Shown here in pieces: positions 17,644 to 28,191 of a stretch of 64,000 nucleotides of DNA. The notes beneath the pieces were generated by a model that worked only from the letters and a program-made list of their open reading frames with translations, was not told where the DNA came from and did not search any database. How positions within the stretch are numbered: position 1 is the stretch's first letter; each line of letters starts with the position of its first letter. The stretch lies in NCBI GenBank assembly GCA_037447435.1, contig JBBIGR010000002.1, forward strand, positions 128,001 through 192,000. The letters are read 5' to 3'. The position numbers were made by a program, and so were the translations under genes. This stretch comes from Fibrobacteria bacterium. GTDB taxonomy: Bacteria > Fibrobacterota > Chitinivibrionia > Chitinivibrionales > FEN-1185.

Positions 17644-19668
17644 TTAGTGTCTTTCCATGTCGTCCCACGACTTGCCCGATTCGGCAAGGGATCCCGGTCT
17701 CATAAAGGCCAACGCCTCCTGGCCTTTGACAGAAGACAAAACAACCGTCTTGCAATGCAGTGACCCGGTTTGCGACTGCACGATGTCGGAAACTACGGCT
17801 TCGAACGAAAACCGGTCTGCAATTTCGGGACAATCGAATTCTCCCAAGCAACGTCCGCCGATATCGCATGCCGACGCAGCATCGAGGCACAACGAAAGAA
17901 CCGAATCGCGTAAATTTATCCGCACCAGCATTCCGGCGATCTTGTTTTGTTCGTTATTAAATTGGACGATCACCGGAATCGCCAACATCATTTCGTCGGT
18001 ATTTGCAAGAATTCCCCGTATCGAAAAGACGGAAATTGCCTGCGATTTGCCTTTGACATTGGTTTGCGGAAGCCGTATTGCGGCACACAAATGAGATGCA
18101 GGATCATACGTTTGCGCAGCCGCGAACACCTGCCAACGCGACGCAAGGCCTTCTATCCTTTGGGCCAAATTGACATTGTCGCCGATTACGGTATATTCCA
18201 TTCTGTCTATACCGCCGACGTTGCCCCCGGCAAATTCCCCGGTGTTGCAACCGATACCGACATACACCGGCAATTGTTCGGCAGACGCGAGCTCGCAATC
18301 GAACATCCACACCGCGGCCTGCATTTCTATGCTCGAGCGGATTGCATTTGCCTGGGCATCGTCGTCTTTGACCATTACGTTCCAAAATGCCATGATCATG
18401 TCGCCGCCGAACTTGTGAAGCGTGCCGTTGTGACGGGTGATAATCGCCGTTGTTATTCGGAAATACTTATTAAGCAAGTCAACCACGCCGGTGGCTTCCA
18501 GCGTTTCGGAAATCGCGGTAAACCCGACGATATCGCAGAATAAAACGGTCCCGTTTTTACGCTCGCCGCCGAGTTTCAATGGAATCGTACCGTCTAAAAC
18601 GCCTTCCACGACGTCGGGCGAAAGATACCGGGATAACTGCGTCCTGGTTTGCGTCTCTTTTTCAACAGCCGCATACAGTTCGGCATTTTTGATTGCTATT
18701 GCCGCTTGTCCGGCTATACCGGTGAGCATCGCAAGGTCATCGGAACTGAAGGCGTGCCTGCTCGACATGGTGTCGACATTGATGACGCCCAGGATTTCAC
18801 CTTTGCAAATAAACGGGGCACACATGAGCGAACGGATCGACAAACTGACTATGGATTGCTGGGAGATAAACCGGTCGTCTTTTTGCGCGTCGGACGATAG
18901 TATCGATTGTTTATTTTCCATGACTGCGTTGACAATTGTCCTGCTCACGGGAAATTCTTCGGTCGACTGTTTGCCTTTGTCGCGGCTGCTGCCCATCGCC
19001 GGAACCAGTTTTCCGTTTATGGAATCGCGGAGCATGATAAACGCCCGGTCGGCATGGGGAAACATGTCGAAAATGCTGCTCATGATGTTTTCGAGCAGGC
19101 TTTCCGGTTTTGTCAATGCCCCCAGATCCTGCGAGACCTTAACCATTGCCTGTAGCCGCCGCAGAGCATCGTGCAGGCTCGAAGTGTTCTGTTTGCCGTT
19201 TGCATGCATCGCAAGAATATCGGATGCCGAAGCATCCATGGTCGCGCTGACTTTGGGAGCTTGTGTCTCGGAGGTAAAAATCATGGTCATGCCGCCGCTA
19301 TGCGGTAATTTTGCGTTGTCCGCGACAAGGACAGTGGCGGCACTCACTTTTTTCTTCGTCGCGAGCGGGTCCATGCCTTCGCTGCGGAAAAGCATCCGTG
19401 CCGAACCGATGACGATTTCATCACCCTCGTATAACGGCTGCGGCACATGACGATGCAGGGCACGCTTATTGACAAAAGTACCGTTCGACGAACCGCAATC
19501 GACTATGGTGAAAAAATTTTCTTTTTGCCTCACAACGGCATGTTGTCGCGAGACGCTTGAATCGGGCAAATAAACGGCATTATCCGCATTTCTGCCGATA
19601 ACGATTTCCGCAGTTAGTCGGACCGTTTTACCCCTATTGTTGCCTTCGACTATTTCGAGATATGCCAT
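17644..19668 (-). CDS. FHA-GAF class III adenylate cyclase
   Basis: FHA (IGR, VSRQHA, SSNGTFVN); GAF (SLMCAP, GVINVD, FSSDD); cyclase (FCDIVGFT, KFGGD, YTVIGDNVNLAQR). Confidence 0.9.
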   Translation of the reverse strand: MAYLEIVEGNNRGKTVRLTAEIVIGRNADNAVYLPDSSVSRQHAVVRQKENFFTIVDCGSSNGTFVNKRALHRHVPQPLYEGDEIVIGSARMLFRSEGMDPLATKKKVSAATVLVADNAKLPHSGGMTMIFTSETQAPKVSATMDASASDILAMHANGKQNTSSLHDALRRLQAMVKVSQDLGALTKPESLLENIMSSIFDMFPHADRAFIMLRDSINGKLVPAMGSSRDKGKQSTEEFPVSRTIVNAVMENKQSILSSDAQKDDRFISQQSIVSLSIRSLMCAPFICKGEILGVINVDTMSSRHAFSSDDLAMLTGIAGQAAIAIKNAELYAAVEKETQTRTQLSRYLSPDVVEGVLDGTIPLKLGGERKNGTVLFCDIVGFTAISETLEATGVVDLLNKYFRITTAIITRHNGTLHKFGGDMIMAFWNVMVKDDDAQANAIRSSIEMQAAVWMFDCELASAEQLPVYVGIGCNTGEFAGGNVGGIDRMEYTVIGDNVNLAQRIEGLASRWQVFAAAQTYDPASHLCAAIRLPQTNVKGKSQAISVFSIRGILANTDEMMLAIPVIVQFNNEQNKIAGMLVRINLRDSVLSLCLDAASACDIGGRCLGEFDCPEIADRFSFEAVVSDIVQSQTGSLHCKTVVLSSVKGQEALAFMRPGSLAESGKSWDDMERH

Positions 19669-19753
19669 AAGATTTTTCTCAATTCATAAGATGCAAGCAA
19701 ATACTAAGTATACCATTTTGTCGGGGTAAAAAACAGGGTGCAATGTAAACATC

Positions 19754-19824
19754 TTGATCTTTTTTGAATTTTCCGATATATTTAACCATATGGTTAAATT
19801 ACCAGGTTAAACATTATGGTTAAA
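19754..19824 (+). promoter_or_regulatory. Sigma70-type promoter overlapped by a palindromic TetR operator
   Basis: TTGATC (19754-59), 17-bp spacer, TATATT (19777-82). Perfect 20-bp palindrome ATTTAACCAT/ATGGTTAAAT at 19780-19799. Further GGTTAAA half-sites at ~19806 and over the start codon. Confidence 0.75.
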
Positions 19825-20493
19825 AAAATCAAGAAACCGACGCATTATCCATCCGTGGATCGGACCACGGAGCAGAAAATCCTTGAAGCCGCGCGAACGG
19901 AATTCGGCGAGCACGGCCTCGATGGTGCGAGAATGCAGTCGATCGCCGACAGGGCCCAGGTCAATAAAGCCCTTCTTCATTATTATTTCAGGTCAAAAGA
20001 AAAACTATTCGAAGTGATACTTCATTCGATTGCCTTGGAAATTTGGCAAACCATTCGGCTCGAACTTTCGAATCAGCCTAAAAACCCGGATTTGAAAACG
20101 GCAATAAGGTCTTTGGTTTCTTCCTACATTTTGACATTTGCCAAAACCCCGGAAATACCTGCGATTCTTTTACGCCTGCTTTTGACCGGCGACAAGTTTT
20201 TTCCCGCTATCGTGGAAAAAATCATCGATGCCATCGGGGACGGACCCAAACTATTGCTTTTGACTTTCGAGAAGGAAATGAAAGCGGGTAAAATTGCCAG
20301 AACCGATCCAATACAACTCATTATGAGCGTCATGGGAATGATAATGGTTACGTTTTTCGGCAAACCTATTTTCCAGATACTGCAACAAAAAACAGGTATG
20401 CCGATTGCTGTAAATACTGATACATTCCTTCAAGAAAGAATCGATTTTATAACCAATTTGGTTTTTGATGGAATAAAGGAGCATAAATCATGA
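19816..20493 (+). CDS. TetR/AcrR family regulator
   Basis: ILEAARTEFGEHGLDGARMQSIADRAQVNKALLHYYFRSKEKLF HTH. Confidence 0.93.
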   Translation: MVKKIKKPTHYPSVDRTTEQKILEAARTEFGEHGLDGARMQSIADRAQVNKALLHYYFRSKEKLFEVILHSIALEIWQTIRLELSNQPKNPDLKTAIRSLVSSYILTFAKTPEIPAILLRLLLTGDKFFPAIVEKIIDAIGDGPKLLLLTFEKEMKAGKIARTDPIQLIMSVMGMIMVTFFGKPIFQILQQKTGMPIAVNTDTFLQERIDFITNLVFDGIKEHKS

Positions 20494-21818
20494 GGAATTT
20501 CATGATGCGGGTTTATTGTTGCATAAGCATGCTTTGTATGGCCTGGACGGCCTTGGGCCTCAGCCTCAAACAGGCTCAGGAAATTATGTTGTTCAAAAAC
20601 ACCGATATCGTAATTGCGAATCAGGAATTCTGTAAAAAAGGCTATGAGGAAACAGAAGCCAAAGCAGTCTGGTATCCTTCATTGGATGTTGTGGGCTCAT
20701 ATAATCATGTAACGGAAAACAGCTCAACGACAATTTCAGGGCTGCCGCTACCGGGCCTTGCTCCCGGTTCCAGCGAGACTCTTCCAATCCCCAACAGCAT
20801 GAACAAAACCGAACTCGGAGTAGACCTGACATACCCTCTTACCGCTGCTTTTGTCAACGTATACAATGTCCGGTATCGTCGGCTCGCCCTGACCGTAAAG
20901 GAGGCCCAAAATCAGGGCCTTAAAAATCTACTCAGCTTCAAACTCGGTGCGATATATCTCCAATGGAACATGTCATATCAGCAAACGGACGTCTATAAAA
21001 CGTTGATTAAACAATTAGAGGAAATGTTGAATCAAACCGCAAAGCTGAAAGCGGGCGGACTGGCTTCCTCGGCAAAAGTATTGGATGTCAAAGCCCGGCT
21101 TGCCCAGGCGCAGTCGGATTTGGTCACCAACCAAAATCAATGCGATTCCCTGAAACTCGAGCTGCTCAATTTCATTCAATCCCCTGATTCGGGTTTTTTA
21201 CCCGTCGATTATTCGTTTGCAATCGATTCTCAATCACTTTTAGCAACAGACTCGGTCGGACTCAATACGTCCCGGCCGGAATTGGTTTCACTTGATATCG
21301 GCATGGAGCAATTGGCGGTGTTCCAAAGCATCATTTCGGGCCAAAAATATCCGAATCTTATTGCGCTCGCCGGTTTGCGATATGCAAATCCCGGCCTTGC
21401 CATGGGCAAAGACCAGTACATGGGATACGGTCTTTTCGGTTTGCAATTAAAATGGAATTTATTCGACGGATGGAAAGTCTCCTCTCAACATAAGCAAACT
21501 TCCGAACAAATCGACATTCTAAAGACCCAAAGACAACAACTTATCGATATGTGGTCGAATGCTATTAAAAACGCAAAGCTGTCTATCAAACGGGCAGAAC
21601 AACAGGCTGATGCGGCAAACGCATCACTTTCAGCTTCTGACGCGTATGCAACGGACGCGCAAAACAACTTTGCAGCCGGCATGGCAACCCAAACCGATGT
21701 TCTCAATGCACTCACGGCAAAATCAAAATCGGCACTACTCGTTAAGCAATCCATATTTATGAAGAACATGGCTGTTTTACAATTACTTTTTGCCTCTGGA
21801 AAAGAATTGAAATTTTAA
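20490..21818 (+). CDS. TolC-family outer membrane efflux protein
   Basis: Signal peptide, YPSL/YPNL repeats, WNLFDG motif, helical repeats; operon context. Confidence 0.87.
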   Translation: MRNFMMRVYCCISMLCMAWTALGLSLKQAQEIMLFKNTDIVIANQEFCKKGYEETEAKAVWYPSLDVVGSYNHVTENSSTTISGLPLPGLAPGSSETLPIPNSMNKTELGVDLTYPLTAAFVNVYNVRYRRLALTVKEAQNQGLKNLLSFKLGAIYLQWNMSYQQTDVYKTLIKQLEEMLNQTAKLKAGGLASSAKVLDVKARLAQAQSDLVTNQNQCDSLKLELLNFIQSPDSGFLPVDYSFAIDSQSLLATDSVGLNTSRPELVSLDIGMEQLAVFQSIISGQKYPNLIALAGLRYANPGLAMGKDQYMGYGLFGLQLKWNLFDGWKVSSQHKQTSEQIDILKTQRQQLIDMWSNAIKNAKLSIKRAEQQADAANASLSASDAYATDAQNNFAAGMATQTDVLNALTAKSKSALLVKQSIFMKNMAVLQLLFASGKELKF

Positions 21819-21897
21819 CGGCCATAAAAAATTATTCAGTTGCGATTAACCAGGCTGTTTTGAGGTCTCAAAATAAAAATCGGAAGGAAAAGATTTT

Positions 21898-22818
21898 ATG
21901 AACGCAAACACACGGCAAACCTTGCTTTTCGGACTATTGACGTCATTTTGCTTTATGCTGAATATCAATTGCGATGCAACTAAGAATAAAGAATATATCG
22001 GTTCCGCTGTTGTCGAAGCGCAGACATTTCAAATCGCCACAACCGCACAAGGTACGATTGTCGCATTGTTCAAAGCGGAAGGCCAGCATGTGGGTCCGGG
22101 AGAATTGGTGGCGATTATAGACACCGTCCCCTTAGTTCTGAAGCTCAACGAATTATCCGCGGCGCTTGCCGAGCTCGGCAGCGCCATTTCCTCGAAAAAA
22201 GTCGAGATTTCGTCTCAGGAATCCGATGTCAAGGGTGTCGACAGGGAATACAAACGCATCTCCAACCTTGTCGAACAAGGGTCGGTGCCGTCGCAGCAAA
22301 AAGATAATCTGGAAACGCAGTTCGAATCATCCAAGTTGCGGGTACAGGCAAACCGTTCCACACTGTCCGGGTTGCAAGCCAAAATCAACACCATAAATGC
22401 GCAGCGGGCCACCTTGCTCGATCAATTGTCGCGTTGCTATGTCCATTCGCCTTCTTCGGGGACAATATTGACAAAATACAAGAACCTCGGCGAGGTGGTT
22501 CCCGTCGGAAACCCGATTTTCGAACTTGGAAAATACGACACCATGCAAATCGATTTTTATGTCACGCAACCAATGCTGCCGTCGTTTACGCTGGGCCAGA
22601 AAATACGCGTTCGATTGGACAATGAAATGGCTGGGCAAAAGGAAACGCAAACCTTCTTGCCGGCAACGGTTACCTGGATCAGCGAAGATGCCGAATTCTC
22701 CCCCAAAAACATTCAAACTCGCGAAAGCAGAAACGAGCTTGTTTTCAAGATACGCGCCCAGGCGCCGAATCAAAACAGCATGTTAAAACGCGGTCTTCCC
22801 GTCGAAATATGGAGATGA
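21898..22818 (+). CDS. HlyD/YbhG-like periplasmic adaptor
   Basis: Lipoyl halves flanking a coiled coil; AEFSPKNIQTRESR..LVF motif. Confidence 0.9.
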   Translation: MNANTRQTLLFGLLTSFCFMLNINCDATKNKEYIGSAVVEAQTFQIATTAQGTIVALFKAEGQHVGPGELVAIIDTVPLVLKLNELSAALAELGSAISSKKVEISSQESDVKGVDREYKRISNLVEQGSVPSQQKDNLETQFESSKLRVQANRSTLSGLQAKINTINAQRATLLDQLSRCYVHSPSSGTILTKYKNLGEVVPVGNPIFELGKYDTMQIDFYVTQPMLPSFTLGQKIRVRLDNEMAGQKETQTFLPATVTWISEDAEFSPKNIQTRESRNELVFKIRAQAPNQNSMLKRGLPVEIWR

Positions 22819-22828
22819 AATTAACCGT

Positions 22829-23755
22829 ATGAATCCCATCGTTGCTATTTCGGATCTTTACAAAAACTACGCCGGCGAAAAGGCTTTGGACGGCGTTTCT
22901 CTTTCCGTAATGCCGGGATGTCTGTTCGGCCTTATCGGCGCGGACGGTGCGGGGAAATCGACGCTCCTGCGCATTTGCACCACGCTTGTCGCTCCCGACA
23001 AGGGTACAGCGTCGGTATTGGGATTCGATGTAGTGAAAGAATTCGCAAAAATCAGGGAAAACATCGGATACATGCCGCAGAAATTCTCTTTATATCAAGA
23101 TCTCAGCGTCCGGGAAAACATGCAGTTTTTCGCCGACCTGTTTGGCGTAAAACCCAAAGAGCGGGATGAGCGTATGAAACGCCTGCTCGATTTTTCGCAC
23201 CTCGAAAAATTCCAGGACCGGCGGGCTCGCAATCTATCGGGCGGCATGAAACAAAAACTTGCCCTTTCCTGTACCCTCATCCATACGCCGAAAGTGCTGT
23301 TTCTGGATGAGCCGACAACCGGCGTGGATCCAGTTTCCAGAAAAGAATTCTGGGAAATTTTAAAGGAATTGCGAAACCAGGGAATCGGCATCGTCGTATC
23401 GACCCCGTATATGGATGAAGCCCATTTATGCGACGAATTGCTTTTTCTCCATCACGGCAAAGCGGTCCGACAAGGTAAACCGCAGGCACTGCTCGATGCA
23501 TACCCGTATCCGCTTTTTAAGATTTCCTGTACGACGGGAACATTGACTATAGCGCAAAACATACAAACGCCCGACGGCATACTGCTCATGTACCCCGAAG
23601 GAGGCAGCATCCATGTCGCGGTAAAACAGGATGTTGATGCGGCCCGGGTTTTGGCTATCATGAAATCGATCCTTCCGGAAGCGGAATCGGCCGAAAAATG
23701 CAAGCCCAAAATCGAAGACTTGTTTATTTATTTGCTTTCCGGGGAAAAGTCATGA
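22829..23755 (+). CDS. ABC-2 type ATP-binding protein
   Basis: GADGAGKS, GYMPQKFSLY, LSGGMKQ and LDEPTTGVDP motifs. Confidence 0.93.
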   Translation: MNPIVAISDLYKNYAGEKALDGVSLSVMPGCLFGLIGADGAGKSTLLRICTTLVAPDKGTASVLGFDVVKEFAKIRENIGYMPQKFSLYQDLSVRENMQFFADLFGVKPKERDERMKRLLDFSHLEKFQDRRARNLSGGMKQKLALSCTLIHTPKVLFLDEPTTGVDPVSRKEFWEILKELRNQGIGIVVSTPYMDEAHLCDELLFLHHGKAVRQGKPQALLDAYPYPLFKISCTTGTLTIAQNIQTPDGILLMYPEGGSIHVAVKQDVDAARVLAIMKSILPEAESAEKCKPKIEDLFIYLLSGEKS

Positions 23756-24486
23756 CGACCTATACGATTCAAACCAATAAACTCACGAAAATATTCGGCA
23801 ATTATACCGCTGTCGACCAAATCGACGTTGCGGTAAAAAAGGGTGAAATTTTCGGCTTTTTAGGTGCGAACGGCGCAGGAAAGACAACGGCGATTCGGAT
23901 GCTCTGCGGACTTTTAACGCCTTCAAGCGGTCAAGGTCATGTTGCCGGATTCGACATCATGAAGGAATCTGCCAAAATCAGGTCTCGAATCGGGTATATG
24001 TCCCAAAAATTCAGTTTATACGCGGACATGACCGTTATAAACAACTTGAAATTGTTCGGTCAATTATACGGTCTTGCAAAATCCGATCTGCATTCGCGAA
24101 TCGACGAAATGTCGGACTTTCTTGGTCTTAAAGAGCTTTACCCCCGCGTTACCGGGGCGCTTCCCTGGGGATGGCAGCAGCGCCTGAGTCTTGCCTGCGC
24201 AAACCTTCACAAACCGGAAATACTGTTCCTCGACGAGCCAACCGGTTCCGTTGATCCGGTGAGCCGAAGAAATTTCTGGGACCTCATACAATCGTTGTCG
24301 GCTGGCGGCACGACCATCTTCGTGACGACGCATCATATGGATGAAGCGGAATATTGTCACAGGATATCCATAATGATTTCCGGCAAAATCGCGGCGATCG
24401 ATTCGCCCCAACAATTGAAAAAACAGAACAATTGCGAAACGCTGCTCGATGCGTTTTTGAAAATCGTCGAAGGCGGTGCACAATGA
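23752..24486 (+). CDS. ABC-2 type ATP-binding protein (second NBD, YbhF-like)
   Basis: GANGAGKT, degenerate signature LPWGWQQR and LDEPT; ATG at 23752 overlaps the previous stop. Confidence 0.92.
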   Translation: MTTYTIQTNKLTKIFGNYTAVDQIDVAVKKGEIFGFLGANGAGKTTAIRMLCGLLTPSSGQGHVAGFDIMKESAKIRSRIGYMSQKFSLYADMTVINNLKLFGQLYGLAKSDLHSRIDEMSDFLGLKELYPRVTGALPWGWQQRLSLACANLHKPEILFLDEPTGSVDPVSRRNFWDLIQSLSAGGTTIFVTTHHMDEAEYCHRISIMISGKIAAIDSPQQLKKQNNCETLLDAFLKIVEGGAQ

Positions 24487-25589
24487 ACCCGCGAATACGC
24501 GCTCTAATCCGTAAAGAAGTCTGGCATATTCTCCGCGATTGGCAAACGCTTATTATCGTCTTGGCAATGCCGGTTTTCATGATGTTTTTGTACGGCTATG
24601 CCTTGGATGTCAACATATCCGACGTCGAGGTGATGGTCGAAGACCCGAATCCCTCTCCGGAAAGTGCGGCACTCATTCGCGCAATAGACCAAAGCAGTCT
24701 CTTCAAAGTGATCGGCGTGGTTCAAAGCGTCGCGGTTCCGGGTGATATTTTCAAAAAACGCCATATAAAAGCGTTATTTCGCTTTTCACCGACATTTGCC
24801 GCAGATTTACATAAGCCTTTACACCCTGCTTCGGTGCAGGTCCTCATAGACGGATCAGACCAAAACCTGGGCACCATATTGCGCAATGTGGTGGAACCGT
24901 TTTTGCAAAAATCGGCGCTCGAGATTTTGCAGGTACCTCTTCCCTCCGGCATAACGGTACAGCAGACCATTCTGTACAATCCCCAGCAAAAAAGCGCCCG
25001 GTATTTCGTGCCCGGCCTCATGGTCATTATTCTCATGATGATTTCGGCAATGCTCACCTCGCTTACCATTACAAAAGAGAAAGAACTCGGTACATTGGAA
25101 CAAATGCTCGTGTCGCCGATAAAAGCCCATGAAATAATGATAGGGAAAATAGCGCCCTATATTCTCCTTGCGGCTATCGACGGGTTGCTCATCCTCGTCG
25201 TCGGTTATTTTGTTTTCGGCGTCACGATAAGCGGAAGCCTGCTCTTATTGAGCGCGGCAAGCTTGATCTACATTTTTACCGCGCTTGCCGTCGGATTGCT
25301 CATCAGTACCGTCAGCAGTAAACAAGAACACGCAATGTTGATCGTGTTGCCCGTGACGGTCATGCCGACGGTTTTGTTGTCCGGGTTTATTTTTCCCTTG
25401 AAAAGCATTCCTGTAGTTTTACAATGGATAGCGCATATTATTCCTGCGACATATTTTTTGGAAATCATACGCGGTATCATCCTCAAAGGCATCGGCTTTT
25501 CGGAATTATGGAAACCGATCGCGGTGTTGACCGGCATGGGCTTATTTCTGCTCATTGTTTCCATTAGAAAGTTCAGGGTAAAATTGTGA
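24483..25589 (+). CDS. ABC-2 permease (YbhS-like)
   Basis: KEVWHILRD, YNP, KEKELGTLEQ and LSGFIFP motifs. Confidence 0.92.
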   Translation: MNPRIRALIRKEVWHILRDWQTLIIVLAMPVFMMFLYGYALDVNISDVEVMVEDPNPSPESAALIRAIDQSSLFKVIGVVQSVAVPGDIFKKRHIKALFRFSPTFAADLHKPLHPASVQVLIDGSDQNLGTILRNVVEPFLQKSALEILQVPLPSGITVQQTILYNPQQKSARYFVPGLMVIILMMISAMLTSLTITKEKELGTLEQMLVSPIKAHEIMIGKIAPYILLAAIDGLLILVVGYFVFGVTISGSLLLLSAASLIYIFTALAVGLLISTVSSKQEHAMLIVLPVTVMPTVLLSGFIFPLKSIPVVLQWIAHIIPATYFLEIIRGIILKGIGFSELWKPIAVLTGMGLFLLIVSIRKFRVKL

Positions 25590-26713
25590 GATTTTTACGC
25601 CTAATGATTTGGAAAGAATTTACCCAGATCCGCTCGGATCCCATGATAATGCGTCTCATCATCATGCCCGTTGTGATACAAATGTTCATCCTGGGCTATG
25701 CCATAACGACGGAAGTGAAAAATACGGGTATTACCGTTTTGGACAGAAGTAATACCCCTCAAAGCGTTTCGCTCGTCCAAAACATTATTCATAATCAACT
25801 TTTTGAATTCTCCGGTTACGCAACGTCGGAAAGCGACGCCAAGTCGCGCCTGGATCGGGGAAATGCCAGGCTTGCGCTTATCATACCGCAAAGTTTTGCG
25901 CGGGATCTCACTTTGCAAAACGGTGCGTCGGTCGAATTACTTGTCGACGGACAAGACGCGAATTCCTCGACTGTTTCGAGCGGATACATAAATTCCATTA
26001 TTTCAGGGTGGAGCATTTCATTTCTTCGGGATAAACTGGCAGCCAGAGGATTAAAAATCCAAAACATTCTTCCCATAGAAGTCCGGCCTACCATTTTATA
26101 CAATCCGCTTTTAAAATCCACGTGGTATATGGTTCCGGCACTCGCGGTCGTGCTGGTCACTATGATAACGGCCCTGCTCACCGGGTTTTCTATAGTAAAA
26201 GAAAAGGAGGCCGGCACATTGGAACAATTGATGGTTACGCCCGTGAGTCCGGTTCATGTGGTGTTGGGAAAAATTGTTCCGTACATCGCGATCGGCTTAT
26301 TCGAACTCTGCGCGGTACTCGCTGCTGCCACATTATGGTTCGGCGTACCGTTCAAAGGAAATTTCTTCATTCTTCTTTTATTCGGGCTCATTTATATGAC
26401 TTCGTCTTTGGGAATAGGGATTTTAGTTTCAACAATTGCCAGAAACGCCCAGCAAGTATTGTTCATGCTTTGGTTTATTTTGATTTTCTTCTTATTTTTG
26501 TCCGGCTTCTTTCTCGCGTTGGAAAACATGCCCGTATGGGTCCAAAAACTTACGCTTATCAACCCATTGCGGTATTTCATGTTCATATTGCGCGAAATGT
26601 TTTTAAAAGGAAGCGGATTTGGAGAACTCTGGGAACAGGGACTCGCCATGCTTTGCATCGGCGGTTTTGTTTTTGGCGTCGCATTGCTTTCGTTTCACCG
26701 GAAAGTCGCATAA
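25586..26713 (+). CDS. ABC-2 permease (YbhR-like)
   Basis: KEFTQIRSD, YNP, KEKEAGTLEQLMVTP and NPLRYF motifs. Confidence 0.92.
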   Translation: MRFLRLMIWKEFTQIRSDPMIMRLIIMPVVIQMFILGYAITTEVKNTGITVLDRSNTPQSVSLVQNIIHNQLFEFSGYATSESDAKSRLDRGNARLALIIPQSFARDLTLQNGASVELLVDGQDANSSTVSSGYINSIISGWSISFLRDKLAARGLKIQNILPIEVRPTILYNPLLKSTWYMVPALAVVLVTMITALLTGFSIVKEKEAGTLEQLMVTPVSPVHVVLGKIVPYIAIGLFELCAVLAAATLWFGVPFKGNFFILLLFGLIYMTSSLGIGILVSTIARNAQQVLFMLWFILIFFLFLSGFFLALENMPVWVQKLTLINPLRYFMFILREMFLKGSGFGELWEQGLAMLCIGGFVFGVALLSFHRKVA

Positions 26714-26778
26714 AGTTGCTTTGTCCGCGTCGAGCGATTCTATGAAATGTATGCCCTATTTTAAGTTATTTTAAATAG

Positions 26779-28122
26779 ATGAAAATCACCTTCATTTACC
26801 CGAAATTCGAAAAATTTTTAGAGACGTATCCGCAACTTGCCGAAATGCCAGCCATTGCCGCGACCTGGGCGTTTCGCATGCCGCCTGCCATGGGTATTCC
26901 GATTTTGATCAATTTGCTGCCTGCCGATGTTTCCTGGAAAGTCGTTGACCAAAACATTGAGCCCGTCGACTTCGACGACGATGCCGATATAATCGCATTA
27001 AGCTATTTCACCCCGCAGGCAGGCTTTGCCCATGAAATCGGGGACGAGTTTTTACGGCGGAATAAAACGGTCATAGCCGGCGGTATGCATCCGTCTATGG
27101 CTCCTCACGATGCCGCGCTTCATTGCACGAGCCTTTGCATTGGAGAAGCAGACACTATTTGGCAAACCATTATCGATGATTATTCTCATAATCGCCTAAA
27201 AAAAGTATATAAAGCGACCGGCGTTCCATTGCCGGAACAAATCGTTTCCGCAAAAAAAGGGATTTTCGACATTGAGGATAAATACGATTGGCATGCATCG
27301 CTCGTTTCCATCACGCGCGGATGTCCGTTCGGTTGCGAATGGTGCAACATTCCCTTGTATCAAGACACCAAGATACGGCTGAGGCCCATCGAAACCGTCG
27401 TTGCCGAAATACAACAACTTACGGATAAGGAATTTTACATTACCGACGATATGGTAATGCTGAACAGACCCCGCATCACGCGGTACATGATGGACCTTTG
27501 CGAGCGGATCAAGGATTTCAAAGTCCGAATGTTTCTGTCCTGTTCTCCGGCAATGCACACCGATCCGGCATTTCTTGATTCACTGGCCCGGGCTGGTGCG
27601 ACAAGCATGTACACTGTTTTCGCAAGCGACCCGTTCAGCCAAAGGTTTTACAAGAAAGACCTCTTGGTTTGGAATCGCACCCTCGATCTGGTAAGACAGC
27701 TTGAAGATCGGGGAATACGGTTTTTCGGATCGTTCGGCGTGGGATTCGATACCATGGGAGAGGATCAGTTCGATGTCATTTTAGAATTTTGCAAACATGC
27801 GAACGTAAAAACCGCGGAGTTTTTCATTGCCACGCCATTTCCCGGAACGCCTTTTTGGAATCGCGTTGAAGAGGAGCACAGGTTCATTCTTCCGAGAAAC
27901 TGGAAAAAGTATAATTGCGCCAATATTGTTTTTAAACCGAAATTGATTTCCGAAGATATGCTTTTAAACGGATTTTTACGGTTATGGAAGGAATTTTTCA
28001 AAAGTACCGATCTGGAAGAATCTTTATCCTCCTTTCGACAAAAGGCCGAAAACATTTTAAAATCCAGGGAATATTCCCAAAATGTTAAAGATGCGGTCAA
28101 AAAAGGTCTTTTAAAATTGTAA
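26779..28122 (+). CDS. Cobalamin-binding radical SAM enzyme (paralog A)
   Basis: B12-binding N-domain (GGMHPS...IGEAD); RGCPFGCEWC; TPFPGT. Confidence 0.9.
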   Translation: MKITFIYPKFEKFLETYPQLAEMPAIAATWAFRMPPAMGIPILINLLPADVSWKVVDQNIEPVDFDDDADIIALSYFTPQAGFAHEIGDEFLRRNKTVIAGGMHPSMAPHDAALHCTSLCIGEADTIWQTIIDDYSHNRLKKVYKATGVPLPEQIVSAKKGIFDIEDKYDWHASLVSITRGCPFGCEWCNIPLYQDTKIRLRPIETVVAEIQQLTDKEFYITDDMVMLNRPRITRYMMDLCERIKDFKVRMFLSCSPAMHTDPAFLDSLARAGATSMYTVFASDPFSQRFYKKDLLVWNRTLDLVRQLEDRGIRFFGSFGVGFDTMGEDQFDVILEFCKHANVKTAEFFIATPFPGTPFWNRVEEEHRFILPRNWKKYNCANIVFKPKLISEDMLLNGFLRLWKEFFKSTDLEESLSSFRQKAENILKSREYSQNVKDAVKKGLLKL

Positions 28123-28191
28123 TTAATTACTATTTGTATCCCAACGTAAAGGGGCTGCGAACTCCTCTTTTCAAAAGTAAAGGATTAAACC

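Noticed and set aside
18437..19450. 337-aa antisense ORF and similar long shadow ORFs (4652-5287, 12162-12818, 44450-45166, 61964-62662)
   Set aside because: They lie wholly opposite well-supported genes and show no recognisable motifs; typical codon-bias shadows.
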